DNA from: Myxococcales bacterium
GTDB lineage: Bacteria > Myxococcota > B64-G9
DNA: 64,000 nucleotides
Assembly: GCA_012798435.1 (NCBI GenBank)
Contig: JAAZNF010000028.1
Location: 15,362 to 79,361, forward strand
Reading direction: 5' to 3'
In this document: positions 8,835 through 18,512 of the stretch, piece by piece
How positions within the stretch are numbered: the stretch's first letter is position 1
Layout: every line of letters begins with the position of its first letter
The notes under the pieces: model-generated
Seen by the model: only the letters and a program-made list of their open reading frames with translations
Databases searched by the model: none
What the model was told of the DNA's origin: nothing
Position numbers and translations under genes: made by a program

Positions 8835-10661
8835 TCAAACGGGAACAGCGGGCGCGGCCAGGGCCTGCCGCACCATGGTATCGAGCCGGTCCAGGCTGAA
8901 GGGCTTCTCGAGCAACAAGACACCGGGCTGCAGCACCTGGTCCTTGGCGATGACGTTCTCGGTGTAGCCGGACATGAACAGGCACCGCAGCCCCGGGCGC
9001 AGTTTCCGCAGTTGCCGGGCCAGCTCCACGCCGTTCATCTTCGGCATCACCACGTCCGTGATCACGAGTTGGATCTCCCCATCGTGCTCACCGGCCCGGC
9101 GCAGTGCCTCCTGCGGGCTGGCGGCGGCGAGCACGCGGTAGCCGAGCGACTCCAGCATGGCGCCTGTCGCCCGGCGCACCATCTCCTGGTCTTCCACCAG
9201 CAGGATGGTTTCCGCCCCTCCGCGCGGCGCCAGCGTACTCTGGGCACGCGGCTCCGGGACGGCCTCCTGGCAGCGGGGCAGAAAGATCTCGAAGCGCGTC
9301 CCTCGGTCCGGCTCGCTCTCGATGCGGATGTGGCCCTGATTCTGGTGGATGATGCCATAGACGGTGGAAAGCCCAAGGCCGGTGCCGCGCCCCTTCTCCT
9401 TGGTGGTGAAGAACGGTTCGAAGACGTGCTGTAGGGCCTCGCGCGAAAACCCCGGGCCATCGTCGCTGATCGCAAGCTGAACGTACTCGCCCGCCAACCC
9501 TCCCTTCGAAGAAGCTGGTGAACCCGGCGCCACGTTCCGCGTCTCGACGTGAATGGTCCCTCCCCGCTTGGCGTCGACCAACGCATCCCGGGCGTTCACC
9601 ACCAGGTTGGCCACGATCTGATCGATCTGGGAGGGATCCATCTTGACATTCCAAAGGTCTTCTGTCGGGGACCACCGCAACGTGATGTCTTCCCGGAGCA
9701 GGCGCCGCAGCAGCCGCAAGGTCGAGTCCACCGCCATGTTCAGATCGAGCACCACCGGCGCGGCCGCCTGGCGACGGGCGAAGGCCAGGAGCTGGCGTAC
9801 GATCTCGGCCGAGCTGCGGGTAGCCGAGAGGATCTCGCTCAAGTGCAGCCAGGGGGGACTCTCGGGCTCCAGCATGCCAATGGCCAGGTCGGCGTTTCCC
9901 AGGATGACGCCCAGGAAGTTATTGATGTCGTGGGCCACGCCGCCGGCCAGCCGCCCGATCGATTCCATCTTCTGCGCCTGCACAAGCTGTTCCTGCAGGG
10001 CCTGCCGCTCCCGCTCCGCCCGCAGACGCTGGCGCTCGCCCAGGGCCAGCGCCAGCTGGTCAGCGAGCTGGCAGGCGAAGGCGACCTCGTCCGGCTCCCA
10101 TCGGTGGGGCTTGTCCACGTGCTCCAGGCACAGCACTCCCAGGTTGCGGCCGCGGGAGTGGATCACTACATCCAGCATGGAGGTGATGCGGTTGGGTTTG
10201 AGGTAACCCTCGACGTATCCGGCGGTGCGGGGATCGCTGAGCGGATCGTCGGCGGCCACGTAGCGCGAGGTCTTGAGCGCCGCGAACTCGTTGCGATACT
10301 CGGGCTCTCGCAGCTCGCCTCCAGCGAGGTGGCTACGCTGCGTGGCCTGGTACATGTCCACGCAGCGAAGCAGCGTCTCGCCCTTGTCGAACAGCCACAC
10401 CCCGACCCGCTCCACCTCGCAAACCGCCGCGGTGCTCTCGGTGATGTCGCGGGCCAGATCTTCCACCCGGCCTTCTCCGATGGCCGAGCTCATCGCGATC
10501 CGGGCCATGGTGGCCGACTGCCGCCGGAAGCGCTCGCTGAGCGTCCACAGGTCCTCGGTTGCACCGCGTTGTTGCTCGAGCTGGCGTTCGAGGTCGGCGA
10601 CCCGCTCGCGTAACACGGTCAGCTCGGCCTCTGCCTCAAGAGCATCCGGTTTTTGCGGCAT
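8835..10661 (-). CDS. Hybrid sensor histidine kinase / response regulator with GAF domain
   Basis: Coiled-coil N-terminus. GAF-like region (VGVWLFDKGETLLRCVDMY). HisKA H-box MESIGRLAGGVAHDINN. HATPase_c (DDGPGFS, GTGLGLS). C-terminal receiver (ILLVEDQEMV...ITDVVMPKMNG...EKPF). Confidence 0.85.
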   Translation of the reverse strand: MPQKPDALEAEAELTVLRERVADLERQLEQQRGATEDLWTLSERFRRQSATMARIAMSSAIGEGRVEDLARDITESTAAVCEVERVGVWLFDKGETLLRCVDMYQATQRSHLAGGELREPEYRNEFAALKTSRYVAADDPLSDPRTAGYVEGYLKPNRITSMLDVVIHSRGRNLGVLCLEHVDKPHRWEPDEVAFACQLADQLALALGERQRLRAERERQALQEQLVQAQKMESIGRLAGGVAHDINNFLGVILGNADLAIGMLEPESPPWLHLSEILSATRSSAEIVRQLLAFARRQAAAPVVLDLNMAVDSTLRLLRRLLREDITLRWSPTEDLWNVKMDPSQIDQIVANLVVNARDALVDAKRGGTIHVETRNVAPGSPASSKGGLAGEYVQLAISDDGPGFSREALQHVFEPFFTTKEKGRGTGLGLSTVYGIIHQNQGHIRIESEPDRGTRFEIFLPRCQEAVPEPRAQSTLAPRGGAETILLVEDQEMVRRATGAMLESLGYRVLAAASPQEALRRAGEHDGEIQLVITDVVMPKMNGVELARQLRKLRPGLRCLFMSGYTENVIAKDQVLQPGVLLLEKPFSLDRLDTMVRQALAAPAVPV

Positions 10662-13600
10662 TCAGAAATCCATGACTCCCTGGACCCCGACAATCCACAC
10701 CGGGGACAATATATCGTTTCCCGGGGGAGGTGGCAACAGGAACATCCCCGGCACCGGCGGGCGGGGGAAGAAGCTGCGCTCGCCGCTCGGCAGGAAGGCC
10801 TCGGCGGCCGCGGCGGTGCCCTGCGAGGAGGTCGAGGTTTCGGTTGGCGCAGGCGCCGGCGCCGCGGTGCCCTTGCCGGGGCCGCCGGGCGGGCCCGCCG
10901 CCGCCGTCCAGATCACGCCCGCCAGCCACCCCAGGGCGGTGGAGAGCGCCATGCCCCCGGCGATCACCCGCGAGTCCTTGCTGAAGATGGCGGAGAAGCT
11001 CACCCCCAGGGCCAGGCCGGCCACGGAGGTGATTTCGGTCCAGCCCACGCTCCAGTTGGAGACCTTCATGGCGTCGGAGAGCGCCAGCGCCGCCAGCAGC
11101 AGCCCCGCGTCGCCGCCGACCAGCGCCCCCAGCAGGATGGAGTCGTCGTCGTTCGCCAGGGCATACATGCCCCAGGCGCCAATCCACGTCCCCAGCGCCG
11201 CCCCGCCGGCCATCAGGGCGTCCTGCAACAGGTTGTAGTCCTGGAACTGGTTGGTGATCATGGGCACCAGGAACCCGGCGGAGAGCCCCATGAGCGCGCC
11301 GGCGCCCAGCTCGCGGTCGGTCTGATCGCCGAGCAACGCCAGACCCAGCCCGTGCCAGCTCCCGTACGCCTGGCCCAGGAAGTATTCCCAGATGTCGTCC
11401 CGGCGGAACTTGAGCTTTCCGGCCACCAGCCCGGTGAGGGTCTTGAGACCCCAGCCCCCCAGCGACGAGGCCAGCGCGATGGTCCCCCCACCGGCGTCCT
11501 CGTCCAACATGACCGCGCCCGCGCCCAGGCCGCTGCCGGCGTAGGCGGAGAGCTCGGTGAAGAGCACCTCGGAGAAGTCCAGATCGGCGGCCCGGGCGAA
11601 CACGTCGCCGGCGATGAGCCCGACGCCCGAACCGAAGATCAGCGCGCCGGCGAGCGGGTCGCCCTCCAGTCCCGAGGCCTTGCCGATGAGGTAGCCCTGG
11701 AACAATCCCCAGCCGCCGCCCAGGCCCAAAGCCAGGTAATCGGCGCCGGTGTAATGGGCCTCCTGGAGGGCGAAGGCGTACACCGAGAGCCCCGCCCAGC
11801 CGCCGGTCATGGCCAACGCCAGCGGCCCCTCGTCGCCCAGATCCGGCGCCATGAGGCCCAGGCCCAATCCCAACATGGAGCCGAACAGCCCGCCGGTGGC
11901 CGCGCGGCCCACGGTCGAGGGCGGGATCTCGACAAACTGCGCCAGCGTCCCGGCGGCCAGCGCGCCCCCCAGCCCGCCCAGGATGGCGCTGCCCCAGAAG
12001 GCCCGCTCGGTGAGAGCCTCGGAGGCGTCCGCCGCTCCGTACAGGGCCAGCCCCTGGTACAGGCCCCAGCCGGCGCCGAACAGCACCAGGGTGCGGTCGG
12101 CCGGCGAGAAGCGCGTGTGGGCCTCGGTGGCCAGATCGAGCGCCAGCCCGGCGTAGGCGCCACCGAGCAAGAGGCCCCAGAAGGGTTCCGCCTCGAGATC
12201 GGGGAGCGACAGGGCCAGGCCCGCGCCGAAGGCCGTGCCCAGCCCGAACCCCAGCGTGGCGCGCCCGACCGCGCCGTAGCTGCCGTCGGTATGCGCCGCC
12301 GCCACCGCGCCGGCCGTGAACCCCAGCGCCCCGCCCAGGGCCAGGCCGCCCAGGTCGGCCGTCGCGTGCTCCGGGCGCAGCGCCCGCATCAGGCCGAACC
12401 CGGTGAAGCCGCCCATGGCGGTGGCCTCGGTCATGAGGAGTTTGTCGGGCCCGGAGTAGTCGAGCCCGCGCCCGAAGAGCGCCCCGGCGGCGATGCCCGC
12501 GGCGCCGCCGCCCAGCACGAGAAGCGGCGCGCGCCGGCCCGCCAGGTCATCGAACTGGAGCAGCGTCCCCAGGCCGGCCAGGTTGCCCGCCAGGAAAGAC
12601 AGGTTGCCCATGACCAGGTCGGTCGGGCTGCTCTCGGAGTAGGTGGCGGCGACCGCGCCCGCGGCCAGGCCCAGTGGCACCCCGGCCAGGATCCCGCCAG
12701 GGGCCGCCCGCGCGTGATCCGGTTGCGCGGCGTTGGCGATGAGCGCGCCAGCCCAGCCGCCGTACAACCCGGCCGAGCCGGCCAACCAGACGTCGTTGGG
12801 GCCAAACGAGACGGAGCGCGCAAGCAGCCCGGCGGTCCCCAACCCGGCCAGCGAGCCGGAGAGGATCCACAGGCTGTCCCACTGGTCCGATGGATCCGCG
12901 CGCTGCCAGGCCAACCCCAGGCCGGCCAGACCGCCGCCGACGAGCGCGCCGTCGATGCCGAGCAGCAGCAGGGGCGGCACCTCGGTCTTGGCGGCGATCC
13001 AGGAGCCCGCCGCGAAACCCAGGCCCATCCCCAGGATGGCCGCCCCGCTGGGGGCGGCGCGGTTGTCGAGCTGGAGGCTGTCCACCAGCAGGGCAGACAA
13101 CCCGGCGCCAATGGCCATGGTGTTCAGGGTCTGGAGGGTATCCCCGCGCTCGAACTTGAGATCGCGCCCGAGCGTCCCCGAGAGGGTCAGGCCGAGCAGG
13201 CCGCCGCCCATGGCCCAGGCCGCGGACTTGCTGGTGAGATCGTCGTCGAGCGTCAGGGAGAGGCCCAGGCCGCTCAGACCGCCCATCACCCAGGACAGGT
13301 CCATATAGGATTGCTGGCCCCAGTCCTTGCCCAGCGAGTTGCGGGTGAGCCAGCCGAAGGTCAGCCCGCCCACCTGGGTGGCGAAGGCCAGCGCCTTGCC
13401 CACCCGGACCATGTCGGGATCCTCTTCTTCTCCCGACTGGAGCGCGAGCCCCAGCAGGCCCGCCTCGCCGAGCGCCCACACGCCGGTGGTGGCCACCCAC
13501 ACCGCCTGGGCGTTGGTGAAGCTCTCCTCCCGCCAGGTGAGGAGCAGCGAGCTTCCCGCTCCCAGGATGACGCCGCCCAGCACCGGCAGGTAGACGAGCT

Positions 13601-15554
13601 GGTCGTTCTGCGGATCGCTGGCGTCGGCCACCAGGTACATCCCCACCGCGCCGTGCAGGGCCATGAGCAGCGCCGAGGGAACCACCCCGGCCCGGCTCAC
13701 CGGGACGGTTTCCTTCCAGGTGAGGCCGCGGGCGGCGGCGATGTCGGGGTAACGGCGGGTGAGGGTCTTCCGGATGGGCTCGCGCAGCGCCTCCTCGGAG
13801 GAGGCGTGCAGCTCCTCGAGCAACGGCACGCCGGCCAGCGCCGGCTGGGCGGCCAGGGCCTCCACCGCCAGGATGCGAAGCGGCAGCGGGTGGGCGCGCT
13901 CGGCGGCGTAGCCCCGCAGAAGCGCGCGGGTCTCCGGCCGGGCGCGGTCTTCGAGCAAGGGGATGAGCCACTCGGCCTGGAGCGGGTTTTCCAGCTCGGG
14001 GACGAGCGCCGGCAGGATATCCGCCTCCAGGGCCGCCGCTCGCCGCAGGCCGTTTGTATGCCGGGCCGCGATCGGGGATAGGATGTCCAGCAGGATCTCG
14101 ACCTCCACCTCCGAGTCGGAAGAGCGGGCCAGCTCGCGGGCGCGGTGGCGCTCGGGCAGGCGGCGCTGCATCAGGGCGATCGCTTCATCGGTCAGACCCG
14201 CCATGACCCCCGGCACCTCCCAGGAGAGATCGAGCACCGCGCCGGCCGCGGCGGGCGTGTCCTGCGAGATCAGCGCGCGCAGGCAGGTGCGCTGTTCATC
14301 GTCCGAGACCTTCTTGCGCGCGTGCTGGGCCAGCAGCTCGGAGGCCAGCGGATCGGCGATCCGGCCCAGGGCGGTGATGGCCGAGAGGCGCCGGGCGGAT
14401 TCGGCCTGCTGGAGCATGGCGCCCAGCGCCGGCACGGCCCGCGCGTCGCCGAGACCCGCCAGCGAAAGCGCCGCGCCGTCCTGAAGCGACGGGAAGCGCG
14501 GATCGTGCAGGGCCAGTAAGAGCCGCGCAAGCTCTCCGTCGGTCTCGCGTTCGGCCACCGCGCCGATCTCGCCGCGGGCGAGAGCCTCCAGGATCGCCAG
14601 CCGCGTGGCGTAATTCGCCTCGAGCTCGGCGCGGGCCGGCCCGGCGATCGCCGCGTCGCGCCCGCGCGAGAGCTCGAACAGCGTGTCGGCGGCCAGCTCC
14701 GTCCCCATCCGCCCGAGAGAGCGCACCGCCTCCAGACGAGCCTCGAGCCGATATTCCTGGGTCTCGACGAGGCGGCGCAGGTGTTCGACCGTGGCCAGCG
14801 TCGGGAATTTCGCCAGCGCCTGCACGGCCGGGATGGCCAGCTCGCCACCCCCGGCAAGCGCAAGCAGCACGGGCAGGGCGCGCGCGTCGCGCAAGCGGGC
14901 GAGGTCGGAGAGCGAGCGCAGCCGCGCGTCTCGGTCGCGTTCATAGAGGCCGAGCAGGGCCCGGCGCAGCAGGCGCGCATCGGCGTTCCAGGTGAGCGTT
15001 GGGCTTTCGGGGATCTCGGACGGCGGCAGCGTTGTCGCGACGGGCGGCGCCTCCGGGCCGGACGTTGGCCCGGGACCAGCAGCGATACCCCCCGGTGGGT
15101 TCGCCGGCGCCGCGGCCTGATCCAGGATGGCACCCGCCTTGAGAAACACGCTCGCGGGCACCGCCGGGGGCTTGCCCTGCAAGGCCTCGGCCAGGGCCGA
15201 CACCGTCTCCACCACCCGCGGGAAGTCCACCACCACGGCCACCGCCGTGCCGACGCCGCCCCGGGCGATCTTCGAAAGGCGCAGTTGCAGCTCGCGCACC
15301 CGCTCCGAGATGCGCTGGAGCGTCGGCCCGCTCACCTGCCAGTTCTCGCCCTGCTCCGCGGCCAGGGTGCGGATCTCCGCCACCAGCGCGCGCACGTCCT
15401 CGCAGGCGCCGCGGATGGTGAGGTGGGCCGAGGCCGCGTCCAGGGCCACGTCCAGGGGCTTGTCCTTCACCGTCCGGACCGTGCGCGTCATCCCCGTGCA
15501 GGCCGACAACGCCAGGGCCCCACCGATTGCGACGAAGAGCATGACAGCTTTCAT
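10662..15554 (-). CDS. Giant (1630 aa) lipoprotein-anchored polytopic membrane protein with N-terminal HEAT/PBS-lyase-like repeats and about 25 Gly/Ala-rich transmembrane hairpin repeats
   Basis: MKAVMLFVAIGGALALSAC lipobox. About 600 aa of helical repeats (ARALPVLLALAGGGELAIPAVQALAKFP..., RLEAVRSLGRMG). About 1000 aa of repeated GLxGxxxG hydrophobic segments. The stop abuts the hybrid HK start (10661/10662). The antisense 1142-aa ORF is Arg/Gly/Gln junk. Confidence 0.65.
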   Translation of the reverse strand: MKAVMLFVAIGGALALSACTGMTRTVRTVKDKPLDVALDAASAHLTIRGACEDVRALVAEIRTLAAEQGENWQVSGPTLQRISERVRELQLRLSKIARGGVGTAVAVVVDFPRVVETVSALAEALQGKPPAVPASVFLKAGAILDQAAAPANPPGGIAAGPGPTSGPEAPPVATTLPPSEIPESPTLTWNADARLLRRALLGLYERDRDARLRSLSDLARLRDARALPVLLALAGGGELAIPAVQALAKFPTLATVEHLRRLVETQEYRLEARLEAVRSLGRMGTELAADTLFELSRGRDAAIAGPARAELEANYATRLAILEALARGEIGAVAERETDGELARLLLALHDPRFPSLQDGAALSLAGLGDARAVPALGAMLQQAESARRLSAITALGRIADPLASELLAQHARKKVSDDEQRTCLRALISQDTPAAAGAVLDLSWEVPGVMAGLTDEAIALMQRRLPERHRARELARSSDSEVEVEILLDILSPIAARHTNGLRRAAALEADILPALVPELENPLQAEWLIPLLEDRARPETRALLRGYAAERAHPLPLRILAVEALAAQPALAGVPLLEELHASSEEALREPIRKTLTRRYPDIAAARGLTWKETVPVSRAGVVPSALLMALHGAVGMYLVADASDPQNDQLVYLPVLGGVILGAGSSLLLTWREESFTNAQAVWVATTGVWALGEAGLLGLALQSGEEEDPDMVRVGKALAFATQVGGLTFGWLTRNSLGKDWGQQSYMDLSWVMGGLSGLGLSLTLDDDLTSKSAAWAMGGGLLGLTLSGTLGRDLKFERGDTLQTLNTMAIGAGLSALLVDSLQLDNRAAPSGAAILGMGLGFAAGSWIAAKTEVPPLLLLGIDGALVGGGLAGLGLAWQRADPSDQWDSLWILSGSLAGLGTAGLLARSVSFGPNDVWLAGSAGLYGGWAGALIANAAQPDHARAAPGGILAGVPLGLAAGAVAATYSESSPTDLVMGNLSFLAGNLAGLGTLLQFDDLAGRRAPLLVLGGGAAGIAAGALFGRGLDYSGPDKLLMTEATAMGGFTGFGLMRALRPEHATADLGGLALGGALGFTAGAVAAAHTDGSYGAVGRATLGFGLGTAFGAGLALSLPDLEAEPFWGLLLGGAYAGLALDLATEAHTRFSPADRTLVLFGAGWGLYQGLALYGAADASEALTERAFWGSAILGGLGGALAAGTLAQFVEIPPSTVGRAATGGLFGSMLGLGLGLMAPDLGDEGPLALAMTGGWAGLSVYAFALQEAHYTGADYLALGLGGGWGLFQGYLIGKASGLEGDPLAGALIFGSGVGLIAGDVFARAADLDFSEVLFTELSAYAGSGLGAGAVMLDEDAGGGTIALASSLGGWGLKTLTGLVAGKLKFRRDDIWEYFLGQAYGSWHGLGLALLGDQTDRELGAGALMGLSAGFLVPMITNQFQDYNLLQDALMAGGAALGTWIGAWGMYALANDDDSILLGALVGGDAGLLLAALALSDAMKVSNWSVGWTEITSVAGLALGVSFSAIFSKDSRVIAGGMALSTALGWLAGVIWTAAAGPPGGPGKGTAAPAPAPTETSTSSQGTAAAAEAFLPSGERSFFPRPPVPGMFLLPPPPGNDILSPVWIVGVQGVMDF

Positions 15555-15611
15555 GTCCGCTCCTTGACCCGTTGAACTGTGCCCGAAACGTATAGTGCCG
15601 CAGGTAAATAA

Positions 15612-16211
15612 TCAATCCTCGAGCGGAGATATCCCGATGCGCCGAAGCAGCTCGCACAGGCGGAGCAGCGGAAGGCCCTCGATGGCGGTGGGGTCGGAGG
15701 CGGAGACGCCTTCGAACAGGGCCGCCCCCAGACCCTCGAAACGATACGCTCCGGCGCAGTCGAGCGGCTGGTCCAGCGTGACGTAGCGGCGGATCTCCTG
15801 CGGCGAAAGGATCCGCATGCGCAGCTCGACCACCTCCAGCGCCTCCTCCAGCCGGCCGCGTTCGGAGTCGGCGACGGCCACCGCGGTCCACAGGCGGTGG
15901 GTGCGGCCCGAAAGCAGCTCGAGCTGGGCGCACGCCGCCTCCACGGAGCCGGGCTTTCCCAGGAGGTGCCCGTCGATCTCGGCCGCCTGGTCGGCGCCGA
16001 TGATTGACGCTTTCGGAAACCGCGCCATGAGCGAGCGGGCCTTCTCCGCGGCCAGCGCCCGCACCAGCTCGGCCGGGGTGGAAAGACGCGCCTTGAAAAC
16101 CTCCTCGTCGACCGCCGGCGCGCACGATTCGAAGGGGATGCGCAGGCGGGAGAGCAGCTTTTCGCGGTACGGCGAGGTGGAGGCCAGGATCAGTTTTTTC
16201 TTGCCTGTCAT
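15612..16211 (-). CDS. maf: Maf-like nucleoside triphosphate pyrophosphatase (septum formation protein)
   Basis: MTGKKKLILASTSPYREKLLSRLRIPF...IIGADQAAEIDGHLLGKP...LDCAGAYRFEGLG is the canonical Maf pattern. ATG at 16209-16211. Confidence 0.8.
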   Translation of the reverse strand: MTGKKKLILASTSPYREKLLSRLRIPFESCAPAVDEEVFKARLSTPAELVRALAAEKARSLMARFPKASIIGADQAAEIDGHLLGKPGSVEAACAQLELLSGRTHRLWTAVAVADSERGRLEEALEVVELRMRILSPQEIRRYVTLDQPLDCAGAYRFEGLGAALFEGVSASDPTAIEGLPLLRLCELLRRIGISPLED

Positions 16212-16294
16212 GGCGCTTGGGGTACCCTTGCCGGTTGGCCGGCTTCCGGAATGATGCGCCGTCGCATCGGCGGGCGTCAAGGCGAGGTCGAATC

Positions 16295-17665
16295 ATGCGA
16301 ACACTGCTTTTGTTGCTCCTGTCTTTCCTCGGATTGGGCTCGAGCCTCGCGCCGGCGCAGGAAAAAGACACGCCCGAGGGACTCCCGACGGTCGGAGACG
16401 AACAGTCCGTCCCGGACCCGAGACCCGCGGCGGCCTCCCCCGACGAGTCCCCGGAGGATTTCATCGCCGAGGCGCGCGCGCTCATGCGCGTGGTGGCCTG
16501 CCGCGAGGGCGAGCCGTTGCCCGAGGGCGTGGACGCCAAGATCGTCGAGCGGCACTGCAAGGAGTTTGCACCCAAGCTCGCGGTCTACCGAAAGAACTAC
16601 GTGGAGAAGGCCCAGAAGTTCCTCTCCACCCTGCGCACGCCGGACCTTCCGCGCACCGTGGTCTACCCCTTCGGCGGCGGCGATCTGCTCTCGGCCCTCA
16701 CCACCTACCCCGAGGCGGAGAAGATCGTCACCATGTCGCTGGAGCGTGGCGGCGATCCCCGAGGGCTGGCCGGCCTCTCGCAGAAGCGACTCGCCGAGAT
16801 CCTGGGCAAGATACGCCGCGGCGCCTGGGGGCTGCTGCGCGCCGACAATAGCACCAGCGAGAGCCTCATCAACCTGGAGGGCCTGGAACTCCCGGGCGAA
16901 CTGTGTTTCTTCTTGATCGCGCTCGCCATCCACGATCTCGAGCCGGTATCCCTGCGCTACTTCGGCATCGGACCCGACGGGACGCTCCATTACTTTTCTC
17001 ATGAGGACCTCGCCGAGCTGGCCGAGCGCAAGGCCTCCCGGCTCCACTACAAGTGGAAGAACTACAAGGGCTCGGTGGCCTTCTCCAACCTCGAACTCGG
17101 CTTCCGGCGCAAGGACGATCCCCCCGGTCTCGTGCGCGTGCACCAGCACATCGCCGCCAATCTCAAGGACGACTTCCTCAAGACCGAGCCGTCGCTGCTG
17201 CGCTACCTCGAGACGTTGGGGCCGGTGTCGGCCATGACCAAGGCTGCCAGCTACTGCCTGGCCAACCCGGCCTTCTCCATGATCCGCGACTACCTGCTCG
17301 AGCACATGAACATCCTGATCTCCGACAGCACCGGCATCCCGCCGCGCTACTACAAGAAGCTCCCCTTCACCCTGGAAGCCTACGGCGACTTCGAGTACTC
17401 CCTGCTCAAGCTGCGGCCCGAGCTCAACGAAGAGATCAAGCGTTTCTTCCGCAAGCAGAAGCGAAAACCTCTTTCCTTCCGCTACGGCTACCCCGACGGC
17501 CGGGGGGTGTTCCACATGATGGTGGCGCGGCGCAACGCCTCCACGGAGGTCCCGCCCGCTCCGGCCCCGACCCCGACCCCGGCCCCGGCCCCGGCCCCGG
17601 CCCCGACCCCGGCCCCGGCCCCGACCCCGGCCCCGGCCCCAGCCCCGGAGACCACGGGGAAATAG
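16295..17665 (+). CDS. Secreted protein of unknown function with C-terminal Pro-Ala-Thr repeat tail
   Basis: Signal MRTLLLLLLSFLGLGSSLAPAQ. C-terminus VPPAPAPTPTPAPAPAPAPTPAPAPTPAPAPAPETTGK, encoded by a hexanucleotide tandem repeat. Confidence 0.55.
   Translation: MRTLLLLLLSFLGLGSSLAPAQEKDTPEGLPTVGDEQSVPDPRPAAASPDESPEDFIAEARALMRVVACREGEPLPEGVDAKIVERHCKEFAPKLAVYRKNYVEKAQKFLSTLRTPDLPRTVVYPFGGGDLLSALTTYPEAEKIVTMSLERGGDPRGLAGLSQKRLAEILGKIRRGAWGLLRADNSTSESLINLEGLELPGELCFFLIALAIHDLEPVSLRYFGIGPDGTLHYFSHEDLAELAERKASRLHYKWKNYKGSVAFSNLELGFRRKDDPPGLVRVHQHIAANLKDDFLKTEPSLLRYLETLGPVSAMTKAASYCLANPAFSMIRDYLLEHMNILISDSTGIPPRYYKKLPFTLEAYGDFEYSLLKLRPELNEEIKRFFRKQKRKPLSFRYGYPDGRGVFHMMVARRNASTEVPPAPAPTPTPAPAPAPAPTPAPAPTPAPAPAPETTGK
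17555..17648 (+). repeat. Hexanucleotide tandem repeat (CCGGCC/CCGACC) x ~15 encoding a (PA/PT)n tail
   Basis: Direct reading: ccggccccgaccccgaccccggccccggccccggccccggccccgaccccggccccggccccgaccccggccccggccccagcc. Confidence 0.9.
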
Positions 17666-17687
17666 ACGAAGGAAATCCGGTTTCACC

Positions 17688-18512
17688 ATGACCCGGCTCA
17701 AGACCGGCACAGTGCTTACGCTCTGTTTGGTCCTCCCCCCGGCTCCCCTGCGGGCCGGCCCCCAGGTGCCACCGTTGTCTCCCGTCGGCGCGGACGAGGA
17801 TCTCGTGGAGCATCCCGGCGGTGAGGAGGTTTCGGGCGGCGTCCACTGGCGCTTCGAGACCGAGCGGGGCCCGGTGCACGTGTGGCGCCCCTTCGCCTAC
17901 CGCCACGAGACCGCGGGGGTGGTGGTGTACGTCCACGGCTACTACCAGACGGTGGACGAGTGTTTCCGCGACCATGGCCTGGCCGAGCAGTTCGCCCGCT
18001 CCGGCCGCAACGCGCTGTTCATCGTCCCCGAGGCCCCGGTGGCCAACGAGGACACGGTGCGCTACGACGATCTGGGCGCGCTGCTGGACCAGGTGGCCGC
18101 GCACACCCGCCAGCCTGTCCCCGCCGGCCCGCTGGTGGTGGCCGGGCACTCCGGGGCCATCCGCACCATCCGCCTGTGGCTGAATTTTCAGCACATCGAC
18201 GAGATCCTGCTGCTGGACGGCATGTACGCCTTCGAGGACGAGCTGCGCGCCTGGTTGAACGCCGGGGCGGAGCACGGGGCGCGCCTCACCCTGGTGGGCT
18301 GCGAGACCTTCGATCGCTCGCTCGCCTTTGTGCAATCGGTCCCGGGGGCCCGCCTGCGGGAGGACCTGCCGCCGGATCCAGCGCTGTTCGTCGAGGAGGA
18401 CTTCGCGGCCCGCTTGCTCTTCCTATCGGCGCCGGAAGGCCATATGGAGATCGTAACCCAGGGCCGGGTGCTGCCGCTGTTGCTGCGCACCACTCGGCTG
18501 GTGCCGCTATGA
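17688..18512 (+). CDS. Secreted alpha/beta-hydrolase-like protein (GxSxG)
   Basis: Signal MTRLKTGTVLTLCLVLPPAPLRAG. Nucleophile-elbow motif VVAGHSGA. The end overlaps the start of the following helicase gene (ATGA). Confidence 0.5.
   Translation: MTRLKTGTVLTLCLVLPPAPLRAGPQVPPLSPVGADEDLVEHPGGEEVSGGVHWRFETERGPVHVWRPFAYRHETAGVVVYVHGYYQTVDECFRDHGLAEQFARSGRNALFIVPEAPVANEDTVRYDDLGALLDQVAAHTRQPVPAGPLVVAGHSGAIRTIRLWLNFQHIDEILLLDGMYAFEDELRAWLNAGAEHGARLTLVGCETFDRSLAFVQSVPGARLREDLPPDPALFVEEDFAARLLFLSAPEGHMEIVTQGRVLPLLLRTTRLVPL

Noticed and set aside
10653-14081. 1142-aa + strand ORF opposite the giant membrane protein
   Set aside because: Composition is R/G/Q/P/A junk (for example GGRGGALRGGRGFGWRRRRRRG). 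The minus strand gives lipobox, HEAT-like repeats and TM repeats.
17882-18508. N-terminal 209-codon extension of the HelD-like ORF in the track
   Set aside because: Overlaps the alpha/beta-hydrolase gene in another frame. Pro/Arg/Gly-rich. The helicase has a clean ATG at 18509.
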